Assembly: GCA_947574135.1 (NCBI GenBank)
Contig: CANPIM010000001.1
Location: forward strand, 57,447 to 121,446
Reading direction: 5' to 3'
Length of the DNA stretch: 64,000 bases
Source: an uncultured Lachnospiraceae bacterium
GTDB lineage: Bacteria; Bacillota; Clostridia; Lachnospirales; Lachnospiraceae
Made by a program: the position numbers and the translations under genes. This document shows, piece by piece, positions 39,973-50,844 of this stretch. Under the pieces are notes generated by a model that did not search any database, was not told the origin of the DNA, and saw nothing but the letters and a program-made list of their open reading frames with translations. The number at the start of each line of letters is the position of its first letter. The stretch's first letter is position 1.

Positions 39973-41642
39973 TCCAGAAGCTCCCCAAATACCCGGGGCA
40001 GACTCTCCACCATATCCCCGGGGCTCATGGCATAGACGGTCTTTTCCCCGGCACACAGATCCCCGGCTCTACCATGCATCCAGACAGCCAGGGCCGCCGC
40101 CAAAAGGGGCTTCATTCCCTGTCCCAAAAAAGATACCATCATGCCGGCCAGCACATCTCCGCTTCCTCCCTTGGCCATGCCGCAGTTTCCGGTGATATTT
40201 ACAAAGGTTCGGCCACCCGGATCGGCAATTAGAGTTCCATGCCCTTTGAGTACCAGAATACAGCCATACTCCCTGGCAAAACGCCGGGCCTCCAAAAGCC
40301 TTTGCTGCTGGGACAGCTCCCCTCCCAGATAGGCAAATTCCCCGTCATGAGGGGTGAGCACCGTGACCCATCCCCGACTGGCCCGCTCTCTTAACAACTC
40401 CCTCCGGTTTCGGATGGCATACAGAGCGTCCGCGTCCAGAACCAATGGCTGCCGAAGCCGTAAAAGAAGTTTTCCCACCAACCGCTCCACCTCCCGGGAT
40501 CGGCCCATTCCCGGCCCCATCAGCACCGCGTCACAGTGCTCCGCCCGGTTGGAAATGCTCCAGAGGGATTCCATAATAAGCCTTCCCTCCTGGTCGCAGG
40601 CCAGGGGATAGGGCATGGTCTCCAGGCTCTTTCCCGCCACAATCCCATAAATCTGGCTGGGAACCCCCACATATACCAGGCCGCTGCCACTGCGCACCGC
40701 CGCCTGGCTGGCCAAAAGGGGCGCCCCGCTGAGCCCCACGCTGCCTCCCAGCACATAGACCTTCCCAAAGGTTCCCTTATGCCCGTCCTCCGGGCGCTCC
40801 GGCAGAAGCTTTGCCGCCTCCCGCAGAGTCAGGGCTTCCAGGGTGACACAAGAGGCGCGTTCCCCCGTCTCCTCCTCCTGAATCGGCGTCTGGTCCGCCC
40901 TATACCGAAGCGGCGTCTGAAGCCACGTCTCCCGTACCTCTCCTGGAATCCCAATATCGTGCACCCGCACCTTGCCCGCATAAAGCGCGCCCTTTCCCAC
41001 AAAATGGCCGGCCTTAGGGCAGGTAAAGGTCACCGTCGCAGTCGCCCGTACCGCTGTTCCCAAAATCCGCCCCGTATCTGCTTCCACCCCGCTGGCAATA
41101 TCAGCAGACACCACCGGGGCCGGGCTCTCATTCATCCACTGAATGGCGGTCCTGGCCGCCCCCCTTACCTCTGCGTTTAAACCTATGCCGAAAATGGCAT
41201 CCAATATCACATCCGCAGCCTGGCTCCAGATCCTTTGCTCCTCCTCCTCGGGTCTAAAATCCTCCAGAATCCCCCCGGCCGCCAGTAGACGCTCCTCCAT
41301 TGTCCGGCAATCCGGGGTCATACGCTCCCGCCTTCCCACCAGAAAGGCCCGCACAAGAAAGCCCTGCTCCACCAAAAGCCGGGCAGCCGCCACACCGTCT
41401 CCTCCATTGTTCCCTTGGCCGCAAAATACCGCTGCCCGCAGAGGCCCTGCCTCCTTTTCCCCTTCCTGCGCAGCTCCTCTTCCCTCTGCCCTTTCCTGCC
41501 GGCTCCTTTTCCCGCAAAGCTCCAGAGCCGCCCTGGCAAAGCCTGCCGCCGCCCGCTCCATTAAATCTGTAGAGGGGATTCCTATTTCTTCTATGGCTGT
41601 GCCATCCATTCCCCGCATTTGGTTTGCTGTGGCTATCCGCAT
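39969..41642 (-). CDS. nnr: Bifunctional NAD(P)H-hydrate epimerase/dehydratase
   Basis: CGQGNNGGDG, DAIFGIG, HKGTFG, LDADAL, TPHDGE and AKGGSGDVL. Confidence 0.95.
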   Translation of the reverse strand: MRIATANQMRGMDGTAIEEIGIPSTDLMERAAAGFARAALELCGKRSRQERAEGRGAAQEGEKEAGPLRAAVFCGQGNNGGDGVAAARLLVEQGFLVRAFLVGRRERMTPDCRTMEERLLAAGGILEDFRPEEEEQRIWSQAADVILDAIFGIGLNAEVRGAARTAIQWMNESPAPVVSADIASGVEADTGRILGTAVRATATVTFTCPKAGHFVGKGALYAGKVRVHDIGIPGEVRETWLQTPLRYRADQTPIQEEETGERASCVTLEALTLREAAKLLPERPEDGHKGTFGKVYVLGGSVGLSGAPLLASQAAVRSGSGLVYVGVPSQIYGIVAGKSLETMPYPLACDQEGRLIMESLWSISNRAEHCDAVLMGPGMGRSREVERLVGKLLLRLRQPLVLDADALYAIRNRRELLRERASRGWVTVLTPHDGEFAYLGGELSQQQRLLEARRFAREYGCILVLKGHGTLIADPGGRTFVNITGNCGMAKGGSGDVLAGMMVSFLGQGMKPLLAAALAVWMHGRAGDLCAGEKTVYAMSPGDMVESLPRVFGELLD

Positions 41643-41764
41643 TCTATTCTCCCCCTAAACCATTTATTTCTCTTATCATACTCCAGAGGGCGAAATAAAA
41701 CAATATTTAATAGGGATGTCCCCTGATGATCCATTGGCTAATGTGTGAAAAATAAGGAAATTTA

Positions 41765-41793
41765 TTGACAATTTCCCTCCCCATATCTATAAT
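41765..41793 (+). promoter_or_regulatory. Consensus sigma70 promoter with an overlapping inverted repeat
   Basis: TTGACA-17 bp-TATAAT. GGAAATT-N7-AATTTCC straddles the -35. Confidence 0.85.
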
Positions 41794-41815
41794 TTTGACA
41801 AACGGAGGATAAGAC

Positions 41816-42676
41816 ATGTACCAAAAAATGAAATGGCTTCGCATGGAAACGAAAAAAAGAGAAAATCAAGGCAAACCGCCCCTTCTTTCCCCGGATGTTG
41901 TAAAGACAGAGGATTTTATTTTTTCCCAGACGCTGGAGCACAAAGGAGACAGCGGAGAGCTTCTGCTGGCCAGACGGAAAGGAAATCCCAAAGAACAATA
42001 CCTGGTGAAGCATGCCTATACGGATTGCGCCTGCAATGAGTTTGTCTATACCAAATTGGCCCAGGCTATGGAATACACCATGCCGTCTGCGGTTTTGTTT
42101 CAATTATCCCAAGGGGAAAAGCGGTCCTATTTCCAAACAGAGTACATCATTGGTGAACAATTTTTGCATGTGCTTGATCCGGCGCCGAATTTTGAAACTA
42201 TCCGGGAGCGGGCGGAAAATTGGCAGCAATATTTCTCTTTTTACGGGCTCTACGGTCTTACCGGGGAGAGTGACGGTCTTGAGTTTCTGCTTGCAGACAA
42301 TGGGAAGATTTATCGTGTGGATACCACGGACGCTTTTCCAATCAGCTGCTGGCAGCTGGATCTTGCCGGGATTGATGAGACCCCAGGCGGTCTAAGTGAT
42401 AAGGCCAAAGAAATGCTGTTTTCCTGGGATCTTTCTTCCTCCCTGGATACCCGCACCTGTGATTCCCTCCTGGAGTATTGTCTAAAAAAGGATTCCCACA
42501 GCCGCTCTCTTTTCCTGGAGCCCTTTGTCCGCATCCGGGACATTCCCCAGGATTATGTGGACGATTTCCTCAATACTCTTTGCTATTTTTATCCGGACTT
42601 TATTGGCGACTTTTTCAAGCGCTATCTCTTGGCCCTTAAAGAGCAGTGCGCAAAATATGAAAAAGAAAGACGGTGA
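41816..42676 (+). CDS. HipA-like/atypical kinase-fold protein
   Basis: GDSG loop, YLVK, NE, then ESDG.E and IYRVD at spacing typical of HipA-like kinases. GGAGG RBS. Confidence 0.6.
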   Translation: MYQKMKWLRMETKKRENQGKPPLLSPDVVKTEDFIFSQTLEHKGDSGELLLARRKGNPKEQYLVKHAYTDCACNEFVYTKLAQAMEYTMPSAVLFQLSQGEKRSYFQTEYIIGEQFLHVLDPAPNFETIRERAENWQQYFSFYGLYGLTGESDGLEFLLADNGKIYRVDTTDAFPISCWQLDLAGIDETPGGLSDKAKEMLFSWDLSSSLDTRTCDSLLEYCLKKDSHSRSLFLEPFVRIRDIPQDYVDDFLNTLCYFYPDFIGDFFKRYLLALKEQCAKYEKERR

Positions 42677-42686
42677 AGGCTTTCCC

Positions 42687-43040
42687 TCACCGCAAATCCA
42701 ATTCCCTTTGTTCCAGCTCATTGAGGGAACAAATCAAAAAGGGCCACGAAGGCTCTTTCTCCCGGCTTCCCCGGTATAACCGGCTTCGGTTAACCACCAA
42801 AACCTCCTCAAAAAGCCCCTCCTGGTAATCCCGCATTAGCTGTTTCATTCCTGGGCGCTCTTCCTCATTTCCCGGTAATCCATTGTCCCCATAGCACCCC
42901 GAGATTTCCAGCCCTCGCCTTTGTGCGTAATTCTCCAGCCTTTGCCTTTGTACGCTAAGGGCCTCCAGCCGCGCTTCCGGGCTTCCGCCTGCATCCACGC
43001 GGCAATATACTGCCACCCGCTTTCCCTGGCCTTCCTTCAT
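42687..43040 (-). CDS. Resolvase (serine recombinase) catalytic-domain-only protein lacking the nucleophile
   Basis: VAVYCRV(D), Q...L..YA, Y.D.G..G...RPG...L and V....RL.R. AGGAGG RBS; no DNA-binding domain. Confidence 0.8.
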   Translation of the reverse strand: MKEGQGKRVAVYCRVDAGGSPEARLEALSVQRQRLENYAQRRGLEISGCYGDNGLPGNEEERPGMKQLMRDYQEGLFEEVLVVNRSRLYRGSREKEPSWPFLICSLNELEQRELDLR

Positions 43041-43154
43041 GAATTCCCTCCTTTTCCTTATTGAGCGCTCTCAGAAATCTGGATACAAAGACTTTTTGAG
43101 AGCACTGGTATTCTATCACAGAAGGGATGCAAAGTTTGTCAAAAGCGGGCTCCT

Positions 43155-46100
43155 CTACGCCCCCAGCCTGGCAATATCAATCAGCTCCAGCTTCTCCGGA
43201 CTGCTATTCTCCAGACTTTCCACCAGGGCCTTGGCTGTATCAATGGCTGTGAGCACATTGACCCCGGTTTCTATGGCATTGCGGCGGATAATAAAGCCGT
43301 CATGGCTGTGCTCCACCCCCTGGGCGGGTGTGTCGATAACCAGATCCACCTCATGGCTCAAAATCAAGTCCAAAATATTGGGGGACTCCTGCTCAAGCTT
43401 TCGTATGAGGCGCACGGAGACATCGGCCTCCAGCAATACCCGAGCCGTGCCCTTGGTGGCATAAATATTGTAGCCCAGAGCCTCGAACCGTCGGGCAATG
43501 TCCACCGCCTCCTCCTTGTCCTCATCCCGCACGGTTATAATCATATTTTTGTAGCGGGGCAGGCGGATGCCGGCTCCCAGAAAAGCCTTGTAAAGGGCCT
43601 CCTTAAAGGTGCGGGCAATGCCCAGGCACTCTCCGGTGGATTTCATCTCCGGTCCCAGGCCGATATCTGCCCCCCGGATCTTCTCAAAGGAAAATACGGG
43701 CATTTTCACCGCATAATAGGGGGACTCTGGCTGCAGTCCCGGGGTATACCCCAGCTCCCTAAGCTTTTTTCCCAAAATCACCTTGGCAGCCAGAGACACA
43801 ATGGGAATCCCTGTCACCTTGCTGATATAGGGCACCGTGCGGCTGGAGCGTGGATTCACCTCAATCACATACACCTTCTTGCCACACACGATAAACTGAA
43901 TATTAATAAGGCCTTTGACGTGAAGAGCCCGGGCCAGGCGTCTGGTGTACTCCTCAATAATCCCCCGCACCTCCCCATCCATGCTTCTGGCCGGATACAC
44001 GGAAATACTGTCACCGGAATGAATGCCCGCCCGCTCTATATGCTCCATAATGCCGGGAATCAGAATATCCTCCCCGTCGCAGACCGCGTCCACCTCAATC
44101 TCCTTTCCCTGGAGATATTTATCCACTAAAATGGGATGCTCCTGGGCAATCCGGTTGATAATGCCTATAAACTCCTCCACATCCCGGTCATGGATGGCAA
44201 TCTGCATGCCCTGGCCTCCCAGCACATAGGAGGGGCGCACCAAAACCGGATAGCCCAGCTCTCGGGCCGCTTTTTTTGCCTCCTCCACCGTATATACCGT
44301 ATGTCCCTTGGGCCTGGGAATCCCGCATTCCTCCAAAATTTTGTCAAACAGCGCCCGATCCTCCGCTGCGTCCACATTTTCCGCAGAGGTTCCCAGGATC
44401 GGCACCCCCATTTTCATCAGCGCCTGGGTAAGCTTTATAGCCGTCTGCCCGCCAAACTGGACCACCGCCCCCTGAGGCTTCTCCAGATTTACAATATTTT
44501 CCACATCCTCCGGGGTCAAAGGCTCAAAATACAGCCGATCCGCAATGTCAAAGTCTGTACTCACAGTCTCGGGATTATTGTTCACAATAATGGTCTCATA
44601 GCCCTCCCGGGAATAGGCCCAGGCACCATGCACGGAGCAGAAGTCAAATTCAATGCCCTGGCCGATGCGAATGGGGCCGGAGCCTAGGACCAGCACCTTT
44701 TCCTTTTGTCCGGTCCCCGGAACCGCTTCATTCTCACCGTCATACACGGAATAATAATAGGGCGTGCAGGCCGCAAATTCCGCCGCGCAGGTATCCACCA
44801 TCTTGTAGGCTGCCGTAAGGCCCAGCTCCCGGCGCATGGCCTTAACCTCCTCCGCGGTTTTCCCGCTTAAGGCTCCGATAACATGGTCCGGAAACTCCAG
44901 CCGCTTGGCCTCCTTCAAAAGCTCCCCGCTAAGCTCCTGCTGCCTTAGGGCCTGCTCCATCTCCACCAGAATGGCAAGCTTATGGATAAACCACACATCG
45001 ATTTTCGTAATCTCATGAATCTCTTCATAGGAAATCCCTGCCCGAATGGCCTGGGCTATAAGCCAGATCCGCCGGTCATCCACCACCTGCAGCTGCTCAA
45101 GCAGCTCCTCCCGGGACAGACGGGTGAAATCATATCCGTCTGTCGTTTTCCCAAAAGCTCCCTCTCCCCAACCCTCCGGGGCCAAAAGGGAGGCTGGCAC
45201 CAGGCTGTCCACATGCTGCTCCAGAGAGCGGATGGCCTTCATTAGGGCTCCCTCAAAATTCTGGCAAATGCTCATCACCTCCCCGGTGGCCTTCATCTGG
45301 GTGGTCAGGGTGCGCTTGGCGCTGATAAATTTGTCAAAGGGCAGCCTGGGAAGCTTTACCACACAGTAATCCAGCATAGGCTCAAAGCTTGCCATGGTCT
45401 GTCCCGTAATGGCATTGGGAATCTCATCCAGGGTATAACCCACGGCGATCTTGGCCGCCACCTTGGCAATCGGATAGCCGGTAGCCTTGCTGGCCAGGGC
45501 AGAAGAACGGCTCACCCGGGGATTCACCTCGATGACACAATATTCCAGGCTCTTTGGATGGAGCGCATACTGGACATTGCAGCCACCGGTGATCTTGAGC
45601 TCGTTGATTATATTTAAGGCGGAGGTCCGGAGCATTTGATATTCCTTATCCCCCAGGGTCTGGGAGGGCGCCACCACAATACTGTCTCCCGTATGCACGC
45701 CTACCGGGTCAACATTTTCCATGTTGCACACCGTGATGCAGTTCCCTGCCCCGTCCCGCATAACCTCATACTCAATCTCCTTCCAGCCGGCAATGCAGCG
45801 CTCCACCAGCACCTGTCCCACCCGGGAAAGGCGCAGGCCATTGGACAGGATCTCCTCCAGCTCCGCCTGGCTTCGGGCAATCCCCCCGCCGCTGCCTCCC
45901 AGGGTATAGGCCGGGCGCAGCACCACGGGATAGCCAATCTGGCTGGCAAAGGCAATGCCGGTTTCCACATTCTCCACCACCAGGGAGGCGGCCACCGGCT
46001 CACCGATTTTCTCCATGGCACTCTTAAACTCCAACCGATCCTCTGCCTTTTTTATGGTCTGCGCGGTGGTTCCTATAAGCCGCACCTGATGCTTCTGCAA

Positions 46101-46421
46101 AAAGCCCCGCTCTGCAAGCTCCATGGCCAGGTTCAGCCCTGCCTGGCCTCCCAGAGTGGGGAGCACGCTGTCCGGCCTTTCCTTTAAAATCAGCTGCTCC
46201 ACCACCTCCACGGTGAGGGGTTCGATATACACCCGATCCGCAATATCTCTGTCCGTCATAATGGTGGCCGGATTGGAGTTTAGAAGCACCACCTCCAGTC
46301 CCTCCTCCTTTAAGGAGCGACAGGCCTGGGTTCCTGCATAGTCGAATTCTGCCGCCTGCCCGATGACAATGGGGCCAGACCCAATGACTAACACCTTCTT
46401 TATATCCGGATTCTTAGGCAT
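43155..46421 (-). CDS. carB: Carbamoyl-phosphate synthase large subunit
   Basis: [40 protein letters not shown], duplicated ATP-grasp and an MGS domain. Confidence 0.98.
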   Translation of the reverse strand: MPKNPDIKKVLVIGSGPIVIGQAAEFDYAGTQACRSLKEEGLEVVLLNSNPATIMTDRDIADRVYIEPLTVEVVEQLILKERPDSVLPTLGGQAGLNLAMELAERGFLQKHQVRLIGTTAQTIKKAEDRLEFKSAMEKIGEPVAASLVVENVETGIAFASQIGYPVVLRPAYTLGGSGGGIARSQAELEEILSNGLRLSRVGQVLVERCIAGWKEIEYEVMRDGAGNCITVCNMENVDPVGVHTGDSIVVAPSQTLGDKEYQMLRTSALNIINELKITGGCNVQYALHPKSLEYCVIEVNPRVSRSSALASKATGYPIAKVAAKIAVGYTLDEIPNAITGQTMASFEPMLDYCVVKLPRLPFDKFISAKRTLTTQMKATGEVMSICQNFEGALMKAIRSLEQHVDSLVPASLLAPEGWGEGAFGKTTDGYDFTRLSREELLEQLQVVDDRRIWLIAQAIRAGISYEEIHEITKIDVWFIHKLAILVEMEQALRQQELSGELLKEAKRLEFPDHVIGALSGKTAEEVKAMRRELGLTAAYKMVDTCAAEFAACTPYYYSVYDGENEAVPGTGQKEKVLVLGSGPIRIGQGIEFDFCSVHGAWAYSREGYETIIVNNNPETVSTDFDIADRLYFEPLTPEDVENIVNLEKPQGAVVQFGGQTAIKLTQALMKMGVPILGTSAENVDAAEDRALFDKILEECGIPRPKGHTVYTVEEAKKAARELGYPVLVRPSYVLGGQGMQIAIHDRDVEEFIGIINRIAQEHPILVDKYLQGKEIEVDAVCDGEDILIPGIMEHIERAGIHSGDSISVYPARSMDGEVRGIIEEYTRRLARALHVKGLINIQFIVCGKKVYVIEVNPRSSRTVPYISKVTGIPIVSLAAKVILGKKLRELGYTPGLQPESPYYAVKMPVFSFEKIRGADIGLGPEMKSTGECLGIARTFKEALYKAFLGAGIRLPRYKNMIITVRDEDKEEAVDIARRFEALGYNIYATKGTARVLLEADVSVRLIRKLEQESPNILDLILSHEVDLVIDTPAQGVEHSHDGFIIRRNAIETGVNVLTAIDTAKALVESLENSSPEKLELIDIARLGA

Positions 46422-47493
46422 GCCTTCTCACCTCCATCATCTGTATAAATCTGTCAAACAGGTAAGCGGAATCCTGGGGCCCCGGGCAGGCCTCCGGATG
46501 AAATTGTACCGTAAAAATGGATTTTCCCCTGTAGGATAAGCCCTCGTTGGTCCCGTCATTGACATTCTCAAAGGCCGGAACCGCTATGTTTGGATTCAGG
46601 CTGTCTGTGTCCACGGCATATCCGTGATTCTGAGAGGAAATGTATACACGCCCGTCGGACAGATCCCGCACCGGATGATTGCCTCCCCGATGGCCATATT
46701 TAAGCTTATAGGTATCCGCCCCTGTGGCCAGAGCCATAAGCTGATGTCCCAGACAAATGGCAAAAATGGGAATCTCTGTCTCATAAAGCCTTCGGATCTC
46801 CTGAATGGGCCCCTCACACTCCTTGGGATCTCCCGGGCCGTTGGACAGCATTATGCCGTCTGGATTTGCTTCCAATATTTCCCGCGCCGGTGTTTTGGCA
46901 GGATAGACCATTACCTGACAGCCCCGTTTTTGGAGAGAGCGGGCAATATTCCGTTTGGCTCCCAGATCCAGCAGAGCCACCCGGTATCCTGCTCCCGGCA
47001 GCACATAGGGCTCCCTACAGGTTACCCGCTCCACCACATTTCCCGCAGTGTATGCTTTGATCCGGTGCAGCGCCTCCCCCAGATCAAATTCGGCACGGGT
47101 GGTAATCATGCCATTCATGGTTCCCCTCTCCCGCAGAATCCGGGTCAGCGCCCTTGTATCAATTCCTGCAATTCCCGGGATATTATATTCCTCCAGAAAA
47201 TGCCCCAGGGAATCCTGGCTTCGAAAATTGCTGGGCATTCGGGACAGCTCCCGAACAATCAAGCCGTCCGGCCAGGGCCGCCGGGACTCCATATCCTCCC
47301 GGCAGATCCCATAATTTCCTATGAGGGGATAGGTCATAACCACCGCCTGTCCTCCATAGGAGGGGTCTGTCAGCACCTCCAGGTATCCTGTCATAGAGGT
47401 ATTAAACACAATCTCACTTATAACCTCTCTCTGGGCTCCCATGCTTGTACCTGTAAATATTTGTCCGTTTTCCAGTATCAGAAAAGCTTTCAT
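46414..47493 (-). CDS. carA: Carbamoyl-phosphate synthase small subunit
   Basis: [22 protein letters not shown] and QFHPE. ATG at 47493. Confidence 0.97.
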   Translation of the reverse strand: MKAFLILENGQIFTGTSMGAQREVISEIVFNTSMTGYLEVLTDPSYGGQAVVMTYPLIGNYGICREDMESRRPWPDGLIVRELSRMPSNFRSQDSLGHFLEEYNIPGIAGIDTRALTRILRERGTMNGMITTRAEFDLGEALHRIKAYTAGNVVERVTCREPYVLPGAGYRVALLDLGAKRNIARSLQKRGCQVMVYPAKTPAREILEANPDGIMLSNGPGDPKECEGPIQEIRRLYETEIPIFAICLGHQLMALATGADTYKLKYGHRGGNHPVRDLSDGRVYISSQNHGYAVDTDSLNPNIAVPAFENVNDGTNEGLSYRGKSIFTVQFHPEACPGPQDSAYLFDRFIQMMEVRRHA

Positions 47494-47529
47494 CCTTCGG
47501 ATCCTCCCCTCCTGGCAGCGATTTTTTCC

Positions 47530-47586
47530 AAAAAAAAAGACATAGCGTGCCTTCTGCTGCAACTGCAAGCAGGCACCTTTGCCTCA
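47530..47586 (-). terminator. Leader terminator (attenuator candidate) upstream of carA
   Basis: Long imperfect hairpin (AGGCAAAG-GTGCCT...AGGCAC-GCTA-TGTCT) followed by a T9 tract, lying between the promoter and the RBS. Confidence 0.6.
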
Positions 47587-47596
47587 AATCTTCCCC

Positions 47597-47625
47597 ATTA
47601 TACTATATGGTTTTTGGGACTGCAA
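47597..47625 (-). promoter_or_regulatory. sigma70 promoter of carAB
   Basis: TTGCAG-17 bp-TATAAT on the minus strand. Confidence 0.75.
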
Positions 47626-47735
47626 GTATTTTTTATGTGTAAAATGCTTTTTCTGTTTTGATTTCCTGCAGAGCAAAAAGAAACGGCACAGCGCAGGCCA
47701 TACCGTTTCCCCCAAAAATTCTTCTGTTTTAGCTC

Positions 47736-48377
47736 CTACAGCTTACTATACCCAAAGCCGTTTACAATGGCATCCACCCGGATATTTTTCTTGCACAGCG
47801 GACACTGATTAAAGGCATAGGTCTGATAGTCCGGCAGATCCTTCTGGCTGAAGATGGTGTTTACCGGAACACCGTTGGCCTTGGTAATGGCGCTGAACAG
47901 GGCTGCAATGCCGCTGACGATTCCTCCGTAATAGGCAATGCTCTGAAGGGCCCGATCAATGGTCTGTCCCGTGGTGGCCGTGGCCAGAAGCAGCAGCACA
48001 TTCTTTTTCTCAATCATAAACTGGGTGTTGTCACGGAAGATCAGCTGGCCGTTGTTATCCAGCTCCGGGGTCACCACATACAGGGTCTGATGCTGGTTTA
48101 CCGACATGACGCCCGCCTTCTGCAGCTCATCTGCCAGATAGGCGCCGATGACGCCGCACCCGTCCATACAAACAATGGTATCCACCACAGTGGTCATGGA
48201 ATATCGCTGCGCCAAGAGCTTTGCCGCTCCCTGTGCCTCGCTTTTTCTGGACTTCAGGGTGGTCATATCAATGTAGTGATTGATATGTGAGTGGTTGGTG
48301 GCAAAGTGTCCCGGTATCACCCGCAGAAATACGGAGCCGTCCGCCTTGGACGGGATTTTCATGGTACGTTTTTCCAT
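47736..48377 (-). CDS. Type I phosphoribosyltransferase-fold protein (OPRT-like, degenerate PRPP motif)
   Basis: GHF...SH..HYID and VLLLLATATTGQT in place of V.DD..TTG; C-terminal CPLC. Confidence 0.75.
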   Translation of the reverse strand: MEKRTMKIPSKADGSVFLRVIPGHFATNHSHINHYIDMTTLKSRKSEAQGAAKLLAQRYSMTTVVDTIVCMDGCGVIGAYLADELQKAGVMSVNQHQTLYVVTPELDNNGQLIFRDNTQFMIEKKNVLLLLATATTGQTIDRALQSIAYYGGIVSGIAALFSAITKANGVPVNTIFSQKDLPDYQTYAFNQCPLCKKNIRVDAIVNGFGYSKL

Positions 48378-48414
48378 AGCTGTTCCCCCTTTTCCTTTTT
48401 AAGGTTCCTGTATC

Positions 48415-49839
48415 CTATTCAGGCAGATATATCTTCTGCTCGAAAGAATTCTTAATGACCTGGCGTCCCTCCTCCAAACTGGAGATCACACCCATGGCTT
48501 TTAGCTGCATGATGCTGTTGCCCAGCACAGCTCCCTCAATGGGGCCTGCCACCACCTTTTTCCCCGTAGCCTGGGCCGTGAGCTCGCAGAGCAGCTCATC
48601 CTGAATGCCTCCCCCCACCATATTGATGCAGGGAATGCGCTTGCCTGTAATATCCTCCATGGCCTCCACGGCCCGCTTGTATTCCTGGGTCAGACCATTA
48701 TAGACCGCCATGGCCATCTCTCCCAGCCCCTTAGGCGTTCCCTGGCCCTTCTCCTCACAGTAGGCAATGATCTCCTTCATCATATTGTAGGGCGCCGTAA
48801 ATCGGGGATCCTTGGGGTCAATGACAAAATCCTTTCTTTCCGCCGCTCTGGCCTCCCGGATAATGTCCGGGAAGGAAACCTGGGCCTCAAACTCGCACCA
48901 GTTCTTCCGCAGATTCTGCATAATCCAAAGCCCGTTTATGTTCTTCAAAAACTGGATCTTGCCCTCGATGCTGCCCTCATTGGTATAATTATATTTATAG
49001 GAAGCTTGGTTGAGAATGGGCTCCTCCAGCACCATGCCCAGAAGAGACCAGGTGCCGCAGCTTAAGAAGGCCGCATCCTCCGACTCCATAGGAGCGCCGG
49101 CCACGGCCGAGGCCGTATCATGGCTGCCCACCGCGATAAGCTTTACGCCTGACAGCCCGGTTTCCTCCACCACCTCAGGTGACAGATCCCCAATCACCGT
49201 TCCCGGCATGACAATGTCTCCAAACAGCTCCTTCTTAAGCCCCAGCCTTTCAATAAGCTCAAAATCCCATTTTCTGGTTTTGGCATCCAAAAGCTGGGAG
49301 GTGCTGGCAAAGGTGTATTCCGTATACATAATTCCCGTCAGCAGATAGCCGAACAGCTCCGGCATAAACAAGAGCCGGCTGGCATTGTCATAAATCACCG
49401 GGCGCATGCCCTTCTCCGCATAGAGCTGGAAAATGGTGTTAAAATACATAAACTCCAGTCCCGTCCGGTTGTAAAGCTCCTCCAGGGGCACGATCTTGGC
49501 AATCTCCTCCATCATGCCGTCTGTCCGGGAATCCCGGTAATTGACAGGATTGCCAATAAGGTTTCCGTCCTTATCCAGAAGGCCGTAATCCACCCCCCAG
49601 GTGTCCACTGCCAGGCTCTGAATGGGAATCTTTCTGGCTGCCGCCTTTTTCAATCCCTGCTTCATCTCAAAAAAAAGCCGGAACAAATCCCAGTAAATAT
49701 GTCCTCCTATGCGTACCTCGTCGTTGGGAAACCGGTGCAGCTCCTCCATCTCCATCTTTCCGTCCTGATACTTACAAAGCACCATTCTCCCGCTTGAGGC
49801 CCCAAAGTCAAAGGCCAGATTGTAAATCGCTTCGCTCAT
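48415..49839 (-). CDS. rhaB: Rhamnulokinase (FGGY family)
   Basis: LAFDFGASSGR, DTWGVDY, GSHDTASA, SCGTWSL and TNEG. Confidence 0.88.
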   Translation of the reverse strand: MSEAIYNLAFDFGASSGRMVLCKYQDGKMEMEELHRFPNDEVRIGGHIYWDLFRLFFEMKQGLKKAAARKIPIQSLAVDTWGVDYGLLDKDGNLIGNPVNYRDSRTDGMMEEIAKIVPLEELYNRTGLEFMYFNTIFQLYAEKGMRPVIYDNASRLLFMPELFGYLLTGIMYTEYTFASTSQLLDAKTRKWDFELIERLGLKKELFGDIVMPGTVIGDLSPEVVEETGLSGVKLIAVGSHDTASAVAGAPMESEDAAFLSCGTWSLLGMVLEEPILNQASYKYNYTNEGSIEGKIQFLKNINGLWIMQNLRKNWCEFEAQVSFPDIIREARAAERKDFVIDPKDPRFTAPYNMMKEIIAYCEEKGQGTPKGLGEMAMAVYNGLTQEYKRAVEAMEDITGKRIPCINMVGGGIQDELLCELTAQATGKKVVAGPIEGAVLGNSIMQLKAMGVISSLEEGRQVIKNSFEQKIYLPE

Positions 49840-49921
49840 AATCCTTTACCCCTTCTCTATTATTATCCGGAAATCAGTCCCGGTCCTTCCCCTGCTCTGT
49901 CTGGCTTTCCAGGGCTGCCGC

Positions 49922-50707
49922 CTACTCCCCGGCTTCCTCCAGATCCTCTCCGGAAAACACCTTTACGCCCCGCTCCTCCAAAAATTCCCGCCAATCCTCA
50001 TCCACCTTACAATCGGTCACCACCATGTCTCCCTCTCCCAGCTCCATAAACCGGACAAAGGATACCTGGTTAAACTTGCTGCTGTCCACGGCCAAAATGG
50101 TCTGACGGGCACAGGATCGCATGGCGTTTTTCATATCCGCCTCCACCTCGCTGGAATCGGTCACTCCCTTTTCCATATGGATTCCCTTGCAGGAGATCAC
50201 GGCCTTGTCCACATTGTACCCGTGGAGCACCTTCTGGGCCGCCGTTCCCACCAGGGACAGGGAGGAATCCCGCAGGCTGCCGCCGGTGGATATGACCCGG
50301 ATGCCCTCATGTCCTGCGAACTCAATGAGCACCTCCACGGAATTGGTCACCACTGTCAGATTATTCATTTCCTTCAGCTCTTTGGATATCATCAGGGACG
50401 TGGAGGATGCATCCAGCATAATGCTGTCCCCCTCTTCCACCAGTCCTGCCACCAATTTTGCTATGATCTGCTTCTCCTGACGGTTGGTTTTTTCCCGTAT
50501 GCGCAAGGGCATATCCAAACTGGTGTTTGTGTTTAGAACGGCTCCCCCATAGGTGCGCTTCACATATCCCTCGCTCTCCAGCTTCTCCAGATCCCGGCGA
50601 ATGGTCTCGTCCGTCACATCATACCTCTGACTCAGCTCAGAGACCAGCACTCGCTGTTCCTTTTGTAAAATAGACAGGATTTCATTCTTTCTCTCAATGG
50701 CCAGCAT
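49922..50707 (-). CDS. DeoR/GlpR family regulator
   Basis: VTDETIRRDL..LE HTH, DASST and VTNS. Confidence 0.95.
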   Translation of the reverse strand: MLAIERKNEILSILQKEQRVLVSELSQRYDVTDETIRRDLEKLESEGYVKRTYGGAVLNTNTSLDMPLRIREKTNRQEKQIIAKLVAGLVEEGDSIMLDASSTSLMISKELKEMNNLTVVTNSVEVLIEFAGHEGIRVISTGGSLRDSSLSLVGTAAQKVLHGYNVDKAVISCKGIHMEKGVTDSSEVEADMKNAMRSCARQTILAVDSSKFNQVSFVRFMELGEGDMVVTDCKVDEDWREFLEERGVKVFSGEDLEEAGE

Positions 50708-50844
50708 CCCTTTCCCTCCCCTCTGGCCTTTTATTTTGTCTATATTGTAGCATACTTCCTGTTGGTTTTATAGTCTTTTTTGAAAAAATCAACAAAAAAC
50801 CATTCCGTTCCTGAAATCTCTGTCACCAAAGAGCGATTCCTCTC

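Noticed and set aside
41650-43150. Integrative element with att sites
   Set aside because: No convincing flanking direct repeats (only a 7-nt AGGGATG match), no intact integrase and no transfer genes.
45130-45210. Short apparent insertion in CarB ([21 protein letters not shown])
   Set aside because: It falls in a variable region of the oligomerisation domain, has no intein or intron hallmarks and keeps the frame.
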